From an archaeon (GTDB lineage Archaea > Iainarchaeota > Iainarchaeia > Iainarchaeales > Iainarchaeaceae), in NCBI GenBank assembly GCA_038046625.1, contig JBBSVV010000014.1, forward strand, positions 1-20,945: a stretch of 20,945 nucleotides of DNA, given 5' to 3'. The notes beneath the pieces were generated by a model, which saw only the letters and a program-made list of their open reading frames with translations, was not told the origin of the DNA and searched no databases. Every line of letters starts with the position of its first letter. Position 1 is the stretch's first letter. Positions 8,695-16,959 of the stretch are shown in pieces. Both the position numbers and the translations under genes were made by a program.

Positions 8695-9393
8695 ATGCTG
8701 AATGCAAAATCTTTGATGGTTATTTTTTTTGTTGTGGCCCTTGCCGCGGCGGCGAATTCGGAAGCGCCTAAAAGCTTCATGGTCGGCCTTGCGCATGACC
8801 CTTCTGTTGGTTCAACAAAAATAAGCGGCGTCAGTGTTGTAGGATTCACTTATGGGGCAAACAATTACAGCGCTGGTTTGGAGTGGCTGGAGCTCGCGGT
8901 GTTTGATGAAAAAGGGAAAAAACTTTCGGAAAACAGGTTCAATATTCCTGAAATTGTTTACGAGCCGCCGGCGCCGGGCGCCGCAGAGGTTCCGGAAAGC
9001 GGTGCTGCATTTGAGTTCCAGGCACAGGTCGGCTACAGCGATTCCGCCGCGTTCATAAAATTGTTTGATTCGCAGGGAAAGGAACTTGACACTTATGCCG
9101 TTGGCTACCTCACAAATTCCTGCGGCGACAATGTTTGCGAAATGCATGAGGATTATAGGAGCTGCGCAAGCGATTGCCGTTCAGGGGGAAAGGATAATTA
9201 CTGCGACGGAATAAAGGACAGTGTTTGCGACCCTGATTGCGTGCAGAGCACTGATGCGGACTGCGCTGGAAAAATTCCCGGCCCTCGGGAGCAGGGCGGA
9301 TTCAGTGTGCCTCCCGAGGCGATTGCGGTTGTTTTGCTTGTGCTGATAATTGCGGGCGGATTTATTTTTGCGAAGAGAAAAAGAATTTTCTGA
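8695..9393 (+). CDS. Secreted, C-terminally membrane-anchored Cys-rich protein
   Basis: ATG 8695 follows a GGTGA RBS that overlaps the upstream stop. Signal peptide, CGDNVCE..SCASDC..DNYCDGIKDSVCDPDC..DADC, then a TM helix and a KRKR tail. Confidence 0.8.
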   Translation: MLNAKSLMVIFFVVALAAAANSEAPKSFMVGLAHDPSVGSTKISGVSVVGFTYGANNYSAGLEWLELAVFDEKGKKLSENRFNIPEIVYEPPAPGAAEVPESGAAFEFQAQVGYSDSAAFIKLFDSQGKELDTYAVGYLTNSCGDNVCEMHEDYRSCASDCRSGGKDNYCDGIKDSVCDPDCVQSTDADCAGKIPGPREQGGFSVPPEAIAVVLLVLIIAGGFIFAKRKRIF

Positions 9394-9425
9394 AGCTTGC
9401 GTTGATAATTGCAGGCGGATTTCTT

Positions 9426-9782
9426 TCACGGGTCTATTATGAGTTCGAGGGTTTTCGTGTACTGCCTCTTCACGAAATCGTAGTTCTTGTAGTGCTCTGT
9501 TGCGCTGATTGTCATTTTGTGCGTTCCTTCGCGCAGATAGGGCTTTGGAAAAAGGTCCGCGTACTGTTCTGTTCCCTTGCCCGGCTCCATGGAACCGATG
9601 CGGTTCATGATTTTCGCCTTGAAGCCCGTGCTGTCGAAAGAAAGCGCCGTGTTTGTGCTCACTTCATAGGAAACCATTTCCGTTTCCTTGCCGACGTTGG
9701 TTATTGAGAACTTGAGCTGCACGGGTTCCCGCCTTGAAAGCTTGAGCCTGAATGGGAAAAACGTTGCCTTGATTTCGAGCAT
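9426..9782 (-). CDS. Hypothetical protein, probable Ig-like (CARDB-like) beta-sandwich without a signal peptide
   Basis: Clean ATG ORF filling the gap. FSITNVGK...IGSMEPGK...EGTHKMTISATE pattern. Confidence 0.6.
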   Translation of the reverse strand: MLEIKATFFPFRLKLSRREPVQLKFSITNVGKETEMVSYEVSTNTALSFDSTGFKAKIMNRIGSMEPGKGTEQYADLFPKPYLREGTHKMTISATEHYKNYDFVKRQYTKTLELIIDP

Positions 9783-9900
9783 TGGAACCGATAATACTTG
9801 TATTATTGAGTATTTTTAAAACAAATACAAAATCATTATGTAGCATAGAGGAGGTTGTTCCCGGATTTTTGAAATCGGGGCGGCTAGGAATAATTAAATA

Positions 9901-12147
9901 ATGGAACGGGCTTCTTCTAAGTTTGTTATGCGCGCATTGTGGCCGGTTTTTACGGCGTTTTTTGTTCTTCTTTTCGGCACCATGGGATTTGCCGCGGTAG
10001 AGTGCGGTAACGGCGTGTGCATAAACAAGATAACCATGCAGTGGACAGCCGGAGCCACGCCACAGAGCTGCCAGATCACAGGACCCGGGGCGCCAGGGTC
10101 GGCGAACAACACATGCAAGAACCTGCCGATTAACCTTGATGCTTGTTCCGCGGCACCCCTAGGCTTTGACGTGACAGCTATTGCGGAAGTGGAGAACACT
10201 TCAGCATCGACTTTCCAGCTGCAGGGCCCGACCAACGTGGCATTCACGATTAACTCGATGGACGGCTTTAACGGTTGGGGCGGGTTTGCGCTCTGGAACG
10301 ATTCAACCGAGATGCGCATTTACAGGGATGACGCAATGACAGTTCCGCTCTGCGATGAGTCAACACCCCGGCACACGTGCTTTCTTGCACCGGGCGAAAA
10401 GGCATATTACAAGATGCACAGCACTTACAGCTGCGGCGGCCTGAAGAATTTCATTCCAAATAATGCGAAAAGCAAGATTGTATTCTTGGTCATTACTTCG
10501 GACAGCAGCGTCCTGGTGAATAAGGTAAGCGACGACGCTTTCAGGTTCGGTGGGGGAAGCGCATCGCTTACATTGCCTTCTTACAATTTCGATTCCGCCG
10601 GGCCTTCGGCCACGATGACGTTCCGAAATGGTTCTGATAACCAATTTGATGTTCTGGCAACTGTCGGGCAGTGGTGCAATGCGCCATGCAGATTACAGGG
10701 AACACATTGGGGCGGGGCAACGGCAACCATTCCAGCCAATTCCTCAACCGGTGTGACTGTAAGCCTGCAGCAGCAAAACGGAACGGGGTGGAGCAGCACA
10801 ATAGAGTGCGGTTATTGGAGTGCGTTCCTGAATGTTTTCCCTGACTTGACTCCTGGGGTGCCAGGCCAGGATACATCGTTTTCCCTCGCAACAGCTAAAA
10901 GCAACACAATTCCGGCAAGCGGCGAGTTCTGTGCGGAAACAGGGGGATTCAACGGGGTTTTTTACGACAATGGGTATTCGGTCGGCATAAACGTGAATAA
11001 CATTGGCGGAGCGAGCAACATGAATTATAAGGTTGTGGTTAATGATGGAGCCCAAGAATATGAGTGGGGTTCCGGAAACATAACTGACGGAACTGGAACG
11101 TTCCAAAGAACAATTTCGCTTCCGCCGGCACCCAAGTCCATAAAGGATGTTCTTGCGCGTGACGGCATCATTCACCCGATTCTTGAGTTATATGACGGAA
11201 CAACCTTGAAGGACCGCTTTATTTTTGCGTTCAATTTTTTCGGAATAATAGGCACCCGAAATCCGCCTTCGTCCCCGGCGTTTACCCGCGTTTCCGGTTT
11301 TGGGCTTGTGGAACAGAACCTTGGAAGTTCGGAATCGGCTGAATTTGCACTGAGGAACGTTTTCCCGGGAAACAATGATGTTAAATTCGGGTGCACAAGC
11401 AACTGCCCCGGAATAAAGGCGGTTGCATGCGATTCAGATGCCGACAAATTGTTTGATGCTTCGGAGTGCTCCGGGGACCTTCTTAGTTCCGGGATTGTGT
11501 TCACGGGCGTGCAGAATTTTAGCTCCGCTGCCGTGAACTTCAATGATGCCAAGGTTCCAAAAGTCAGGGTTAAGTTTTCAAGGGGCGGGGATTATGGATT
11601 CGAGGCTATTGTGGAGCGTGCCGGCGGACCACCGCAAAATGAGCAGGTGGTTGTTTCAGTGGATGTTCCTTCGGTTTTCGACGTTTTTTCCGTCACTCTT
11701 GGAAATGTTTCTGTTCAGGATGGCACCATTGTTGCCGATGTCTCGATAAAAAAGGAGACCGCGGAAACAATTTCCCCTGATGGCGGGCAGGTCACCTGCG
11801 CTTTGCTTGACGCGGTCTCGAATTCTCCTGTTGCGGATTCCACGGTGCAGAACTGCGAATCCTCTTTTTCTTTCGGTGGCTCCGGCCAAAAAAGTTTCAC
11901 TGCGAGGTTTTCCAAAGCAGGCGGATTTAAAGCTGGTAACTATAAAGTGGTTGTGGAGGTTGCGCAGTGGACCGGAACTGTAGGCGGAATCAGCACCGGT
12001 GCGAGTGAAACCAACCTGAGCAACAATTCCGCATCAAAAATTATTACTGCGCAGAGGCAAACGCAAACCCCGGTGCCTGAAAACCCTTTGGTGATTTCCG
12101 TGATTACAGTGTTAATTATCTTCATGCTGCTGAGGCAAAACAAATAA
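9901..12147 (+). CDS. Large secreted surface protein with a CARDB-like C-terminal domain and a VPENP-TM-basic (archaeosortase-type) sorting signal
   Basis: N-terminal signal peptide, many N-x-S/T sequons, ETNLSNNSASKII, and C-terminus TPVPENPLVISVITVLIIFMLLRQNK. Confidence 0.75.
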   Translation: MERASSKFVMRALWPVFTAFFVLLFGTMGFAAVECGNGVCINKITMQWTAGATPQSCQITGPGAPGSANNTCKNLPINLDACSAAPLGFDVTAIAEVENTSASTFQLQGPTNVAFTINSMDGFNGWGGFALWNDSTEMRIYRDDAMTVPLCDESTPRHTCFLAPGEKAYYKMHSTYSCGGLKNFIPNNAKSKIVFLVITSDSSVLVNKVSDDAFRFGGGSASLTLPSYNFDSAGPSATMTFRNGSDNQFDVLATVGQWCNAPCRLQGTHWGGATATIPANSSTGVTVSLQQQNGTGWSSTIECGYWSAFLNVFPDLTPGVPGQDTSFSLATAKSNTIPASGEFCAETGGFNGVFYDNGYSVGINVNNIGGASNMNYKVVVNDGAQEYEWGSGNITDGTGTFQRTISLPPAPKSIKDVLARDGIIHPILELYDGTTLKDRFIFAFNFFGIIGTRNPPSSPAFTRVSGFGLVEQNLGSSESAEFALRNVFPGNNDVKFGCTSNCPGIKAVACDSDADKLFDASECSGDLLSSGIVFTGVQNFSSAAVNFNDAKVPKVRVKFSRGGDYGFEAIVERAGGPPQNEQVVVSVDVPSVFDVFSVTLGNVSVQDGTIVADVSIKKETAETISPDGGQVTCALLDAVSNSPVADSTVQNCESSFSFGGSGQKSFTARFSKAGGFKAGNYKVVVEVAQWTGTVGGISTGASETNLSNNSASKIITAQRQTQTPVPENPLVISVITVLIIFMLLRQNK

Positions 12148-12205
12148 AAGCTGGAAAAGCCTTTTTCTTTCCTGATAACGGGTTTTTTTTGGAGCGGTGT
12201 TTTAT

Positions 12206-12682
12206 ATGGGGAGCGAGTTTCCGGAAGCAGGCCTTGTGAGGAAAACCTTTACCATAAGGAAAATGGATTTTCCGCCCGAGGTTGCGAGCACGAAGCGCTC
12301 GCTTTTGCGCTGGTTCGCATTGAGCTTCGGCTTGATTTCAGAAAAGGAGTCGCGCTCCACAATCCTTGATGTGCTTGACGGCATTTTTTACTTCCAGCTC
12401 TCGAAAAAGTACGCGCCCACAACGCTGGAATTGCTTTCGCATTTTAAGGGCGCGGGAAAAAAGATTGACGAAAAGCTGCTGCGTTACCATTTGAAAAGGC
12501 TCATTGATGTGGGCCTGCTGGAGCGCAGGAAAGGAAAGCTCTCGTTTTCCGTCGCTCCGGATGCGGAAAAAATCGATGTGGTCAGGGGGTTTAGCCATAA
12601 TGTTGCCTCCCCCATTCGGGAATCTGTTGAGGCCATAGGGGTTGCTTTGGAGAAGATAAGCGGCAAGTACAGGCAGCAATGA
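12206..12682 (+). CDS. Winged helix-turn-helix protein, probable transcriptional regulator
   Basis: PTTLELL...IDEKLLRYHLKRLIDVGLLERRKG is an ArsR-like wHTH. GGTG precedes ATG 12206; GTG 12197 is the alternative start. Confidence 0.7.
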   Translation: MGSEFPEAGLVRKTFTIRKMDFPPEVASTKRSLLRWFALSFGLISEKESRSTILDVLDGIFYFQLSKKYAPTTLELLSHFKGAGKKIDEKLLRYHLKRLIDVGLLERRKGKLSFSVAPDAEKIDVVRGFSHNVASPIRESVEAIGVALEKISGKYRQQ

Positions 12683-12777
12683 GCGGTTTTATGGGTATAG
12701 CAGACCATGAAAATCCGCCGAATTACTTTATTGGTTTGCCATAAGCATTTATTTTGGTTTTGCTCGGTGTTTTACTT

Positions 12778-13338
12778 ATGAACGCAAAACTTTTTGACAA
12801 TCCGCAACAGAAGCTGATTTGCGTTGATTCCAAAGGCAGGGAAACGGGAAAAATCGTTGACAGGAAAACCGCGCACTCTTCCCCGGGGACAAAGCACCTC
12901 GCAATACAGGTTCTTTTGTTCAATTCCAAAAAAGAGCTCATTCTCCATGAAAGGCCCGTGAAGAAAGTCGGCGGCGGGGTCCTTGATGCCCCCACTACCC
13001 ACATATTGCACGGCGAAACAGAGGAAGAAGCGGCGCACCGCTGTTTGAAGGATGAGTACGGCATCACGGAAAAAATACCTGTTGTTGTCCTTGGTGGATT
13101 TTCTTACGAAAAGGATTATGGCGACGGCACCTGCGAGAATGAGTTCTGCCTCGCGGCATTTGCGGCCTTTGGCGGAAAAATCAGCCACAGTTCCGAGCAT
13201 GCATTGAAGATAGTGAACGAGCCTGCAAAAAAGGTCGCACTGGAAATAGGCAATGGCTCCGGACAATATCCTATTTGGCTCAAAGAAACCGTGAAAATTG
13301 TTTCCGGTTCGAAAGACGGGAAAAAGTTTTTCGCCTAA
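12778..13338 (+). CDS. idi: Type 1 isopentenyl-diphosphate isomerase-like Nudix protein (catalytic Cys absent)
   Basis: AH-x6-HLA, H..GET..EAAHRCLKDEYGI, FSY, ENEFC and YPIW align by eye with E. coli Idi H25/H32/H69/E87/Y104/E114/E116/W161. ATG 12778 follows GGTG. Confidence 0.65.
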   Translation: MNAKLFDNPQQKLICVDSKGRETGKIVDRKTAHSSPGTKHLAIQVLLFNSKKELILHERPVKKVGGGVLDAPTTHILHGETEEEAAHRCLKDEYGITEKIPVVVLGGFSYEKDYGDGTCENEFCLAAFAAFGGKISHSSEHALKIVNEPAKKVALEIGNGSGQYPIWLKETVKIVSGSKDGKKFFA

Positions 13339-13340
13339 AA

Positions 13341-14960
13341 TTATTCGGCTTTGGCGCCGCTTGCCGAAATTTCCGCGCCAACCGGCATCATGCCCGCGTT
13401 TTTCCATTCCGCATTGATTTTTTCGGCCGTTTTTTTGTCGAAGCAAACCGCTATGGAGCAGTCTCCTCCGCCCGCGCCCGAGAATTTTGCCACCGCGCCA
13501 AATTTTGCGGCGATTTCGCTCATTTTCCTGTGCTCCGGAATTTCGAGGCCGCTTTGGCTTTCCTCGCTCAGCCTCTGGAGCAATAGCCTGTTCGCGTCAA
13601 GCAGGAGGGAGATTTTTTTGCCATTTCCGCTTTCAAGCGCTTCCGCCAAATTTTCCGTGATGTCCCTGATGGAATTTATTGTTTTCAGGTACGCCTCAGG
13701 GTAATGCAGCCTGTAATCCTTCATTTTCTTTACAAGAATTCGCGTGGACGCGCTCTTGCCCGTAAAGCCGACGCAGAGTTCGAGTTCTTTTGGCAGGGCA
13801 ATATTTTTGTGCTGGAAGCCGGGCCACTTTTCCTCGGTGATTTCCACAATGGTTTTTATTGCGAGCTCCTGCTGCAGCCACTCCGCATCAAAGCGCCTGT
13901 ACATGAGTGCGCCGCCGAATGTTGAGGCCGCAATGTCGAAGCCCGAGCCGATTTTTCCCTGCGCGTAATAATGGGCAATTGTAGCCAGCTTGAAGAGCTT
14001 TTCCCTGCCGGTTTCGGTTTCAATATTGATGCTGTGCAGCTTTAGTATGGCGCCAATCATCGCAACAACGGCCGCGGCGGAGCTCCCGAAACCCGGCTTC
14101 ATTTTTTTGCCGTTGAATTCGACAGCGCTGATGTCGCTTTTGGTTTCCAGGTCAAAGGTTCTCACGCGCAGGCCCTTCGCCTGTATGTATTTGAGCGCGG
14201 TTTCAATGGAATGTTTTGTGAAGGCAAGCCTTTCATCATCTTTCTGGAACGAAACGCTTATTCCGCGCAAAGCGTATTTGGTGTCTATTCCGAAATCTTT
14301 GAGCACAACCCTTGGCTCGAATGATTCCTTTGCGGTAGCGTAAACGCGTTTGTTGACAGCAAGCACAATGCATGGAACCCCGTTCTCGAGGACGCTCCAC
14401 TCGCCGGAAAGCATTAGTTTTCCTGGCGCGGAAACCGCGGCACTTTTTTGCTGCGGCGTGGGTTTGCCTTTTTTCCCGTAAAGATTTTCGAAAACTTTTA
14501 TGAAGGCTGGAGAGTACTTTTCCCCCTTGGAAATTTCCGTGCTTATTTGTTTTTTGGATTTGAAGTATGCGCCCTGGAACTCGGTCCTGTCCAGTTCGAA
14601 CGGGCCGTCGCTTTTTGCATTGAAGCACCCTGTTATGGTGTTGTGGTTTTTTTCGTCGTAAAGAATGATTTTTCCGGAAAAAATTGTTTTGGCGCTTATG
14701 CCGAGTTCCTCTTTTGTCGCCCTTGATGCGGCCTTTTCATAGGTTTCTCCTGCGGCCACGTGCTCGGCGCAGTTGCTGATGAAGCCGGGCCTCACTTCAA
14801 CATTCAGTTCCCTTCTTAGGCAAAGCACTTCGCCTTTCGAGTTCTCAATCACAACGTGGACCACCCTGTGCAACAGGCCTTTTTCATGCGCTTCCCTGCG
14901 CGAAGCCATTCCAATGACTTCGTCGTTTTCGTTCACTATGTCAATAATTTCTTCGGCCAT
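13341..14960 (-). CDS. mvaK2: Fusion of a Nudix (IDI-1/YfcD-like) domain and ERG8-type phosphomevalonate kinase
   Basis: N-terminal AHEKGLLHR...GETYEKAASRATKEELGI, linker GKKGKPTPQQKS, then SAPGKLMLSGEW, GFGSSAA, QGKIGSGFDIAAS, GKSAST and KFSGAGGGDC. Confidence 0.85.
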   Translation of the reverse strand: MAEEIIDIVNENDEVIGMASRREAHEKGLLHRVVHVVIENSKGEVLCLRRELNVEVRPGFISNCAEHVAAGETYEKAASRATKEELGISAKTIFSGKIILYDEKNHNTITGCFNAKSDGPFELDRTEFQGAYFKSKKQISTEISKGEKYSPAFIKVFENLYGKKGKPTPQQKSAAVSAPGKLMLSGEWSVLENGVPCIVLAVNKRVYATAKESFEPRVVLKDFGIDTKYALRGISVSFQKDDERLAFTKHSIETALKYIQAKGLRVRTFDLETKSDISAVEFNGKKMKPGFGSSAAAVVAMIGAILKLHSINIETETGREKLFKLATIAHYYAQGKIGSGFDIAASTFGGALMYRRFDAEWLQQELAIKTIVEITEEKWPGFQHKNIALPKELELCVGFTGKSASTRILVKKMKDYRLHYPEAYLKTINSIRDITENLAEALESGNGKKISLLLDANRLLLQRLSEESQSGLEIPEHRKMSEIAAKFGAVAKFSGAGGGDCSIAVCFDKKTAEKINAEWKNAGMMPVGAEISASGAKAE

Positions 14961-15953
14961 TCAGAACAATTCCATGTCAATCAGCTTTGCGTCCCCGCCA
15001 GTCTTGCACAAAAAAGTTTTCTGGACTTCCTTCATTTCGGAGAAGCGCTTCTCGATTTTCTTGGCGTCCTTTTCAAGGCAAAGAACCTTCACCTGGGGCC
15101 CGCCGTCAATCGTAAAGTAGCATTCTGTTGCTTCCTCGCGCAGTTGCATTACTTCCTTCATCATTACTATTGTTTCCGGTTCCCAGTAAATTATGTGCGG
15201 TTCAGTGGTTATCATTGTTGAGTGCATTTTGAGGGCGTTCATTTCCGCTGTTTGCCCGAGCAGTGGGAACTTTTTTTCAAGTATTCCGGAGCGCACTTTT
15301 TCCAAATCACTTTCAACGGTTTCGAGCCATGCCTTGTACAAAGGGGAGGTTGCGATTGTCTGCGCCATTCCCGCGCGGGACTTTATTTTCTTCTGCTTTG
15401 GCGTGAGGACATTCACTATCATGCATAGTTCCGGCCAGTGATTCTGCGGCGCGACCTGCATTGCGTAGCTGTCCTCCCCGTTCTCAAGCGTTCCTTTTTG
15501 CCACTCCACGAAGCCGCCGTATATGCTCCTGCATGCGCTTCCCGAGCCCTGCCTTGCGATAATGCTCAGCTCCTTTTTTGGCAGGTGCAGGTCAAGGGCT
15601 TTTGTTGCCGCAAGCGTAAGCGCGGCGAATGCCGATGCGGAGCTCGCGAGGCCCGCGGCTTTGGGAAAATTGCTTGCGCTGGCTATTTTAGCCTTTTCGG
15701 AAACCTTTGCGGTTCTTCTTATGAGGTTTAGCTGCCGCTCAACCCTTTCAAGCTCTTCGCCTGAAATTTTTTCCCCGTCTATTGTGAGTTCGTCTTTGGA
15801 ATATTTTTTCGAGAATTCAACGGTTGTTGTTGTGTAGAGCTTATCCAGAGTCATTGAGATGCTGGAGTTGTACGGGAGAATAAGCTCTTCGTTTCTCTTT
15901 CCCCAGTATTTCACCAAAGCAATGTTCGAGTTCGCGATTGCAGTTGCTTTCAT
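14961..15953 (-). CDS. mvaD: Diphosphomevalonate decarboxylase
   Basis: NIALVKYWGK, NSSISMTL, GLASSASAFAAL, ARQGSGSACRS, SRAGM and TIDGGPQVKV. ATGA overlap with the upstream kinase. Confidence 0.93.
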   Translation of the reverse strand: MKATAIANSNIALVKYWGKRNEELILPYNSSISMTLDKLYTTTTVEFSKKYSKDELTIDGEKISGEELERVERQLNLIRRTAKVSEKAKIASASNFPKAAGLASSASAFAALTLAATKALDLHLPKKELSIIARQGSGSACRSIYGGFVEWQKGTLENGEDSYAMQVAPQNHWPELCMIVNVLTPKQKKIKSRAGMAQTIATSPLYKAWLETVESDLEKVRSGILEKKFPLLGQTAEMNALKMHSTMITTEPHIIYWEPETIVMMKEVMQLREEATECYFTIDGGPQVKVLCLEKDAKKIEKRFSEMKEVQKTFLCKTGGDAKLIDMELF

Positions 15954-16900
15954 TGTTTGGCCCTTGCACCTAGTTCGGTTTTTTCGGCCTCGAACCCCTT
16001 TTTCCGTATTGCATTAAATACCTTGTCCTGGCTTGCTTCAGAATCCACAAGGCACATCACGAGCCCGCCCCTTCCCGTGCCGGTGAGTTTGGCCCCTAAT
16101 GCGCCGTGCCTTACCGCGGTTTCAACAAGCTCCTCTATTTCTGGGCAGCTCAAGCCTATTTCCTCAAGGAGCTTCTGGTTGTGGCTCATGAATTTCCCGG
16201 TTTTTTTTAGGTCGCCTTTTGCAAGCGCGTCGAGCGCCTCTTCGTAAAGGTGCCCGTAATCCTTGAAAATTTTTTCGAATTTAGCTGGGTTTTTCTCTTT
16301 TGCTTTGCGCACGTCATCAACGACTTTTTTCGTTTCCTGCGAAATTCCGGTTGAGGCAAGCACTATCCTCAATGGAACCTTGAGCTTGAGGTGTTCTATT
16401 TCGTTTTTGCCGCCCTTCATGTTTTTTTCGAACGAAATCATTCCTCCGAACGTGGAAACAGTGTTGTCTATTCCGCTCGGCGTTCCTGACCCCGCTTTCT
16501 CGGCTTCGAAGGCAACTTCGTTTATTTGCGCGTCGTTGAACTTCAGATCGAAATGATTGCTCAGTGCCCTCGCTATTGAGGTTGCGAGCGCGGCGCTTGC
16601 GCCGATTCCGGATGCCGCCTTGAGGTTCCCTGTAAGGGTTATTTTGAGCGGCGTTTTTGCGACATCTATACTCATAACTTTTGTGATTGCATCGAGTTCA
16701 CGCTGAATTTCCTGCTTTTTGGTTTCCTTGTAGCCTTCAACTGAAGGCCTTTCATCAATGAATTCCAAGCCCTTTGAACCGGGCTCTACAATTGCGAGCG
16801 TGTGATTGGAGATTGCCGATGCGATGGCGGGCAAACCGTAAACCACGAAGTGCTCGCCGAATAAAATAACCTTCCCGTAACCTTTTCCTTTTGCAGCCAT
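15950..16900 (-). CDS. mvk: Mevalonate kinase (paralog 2)
   Basis: GYGKVILFGEHFVVYG, SGIGASAA, GTPSGIDNT and GAKLTGTGRGG. GGTGA RBS upstream. Confidence 0.9.
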   Translation of the reverse strand: MAAKGKGYGKVILFGEHFVVYGLPAIASAISNHTLAIVEPGSKGLEFIDERPSVEGYKETKKQEIQRELDAITKVMSIDVAKTPLKITLTGNLKAASGIGASAALATSIARALSNHFDLKFNDAQINEVAFEAEKAGSGTPSGIDNTVSTFGGMISFEKNMKGGKNEIEHLKLKVPLRIVLASTGISQETKKVVDDVRKAKEKNPAKFEKIFKDYGHLYEEALDALAKGDLKKTGKFMSHNQKLLEEIGLSCPEIEELVETAVRHGALGAKLTGTGRGGLVMCLVDSEASQDKVFNAIRKKGFEAEKTELGARAKQ

Positions 16901-16959
16901 AAGATTCTCACCATTACTAAAAGAAAAAAAGAGAATAAAAAAACAGCAGTTATGTGTAA

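Noticed and set aside
14961..15953. Haloarchaeal/Chloroflexi-type phosphomevalonate decarboxylase
   Set aside because: It has the SRAGM motif, is adjacent to a PMK, and no IPK is in the window, all of which favour the diphospho enzyme. Not experimentally excluded.
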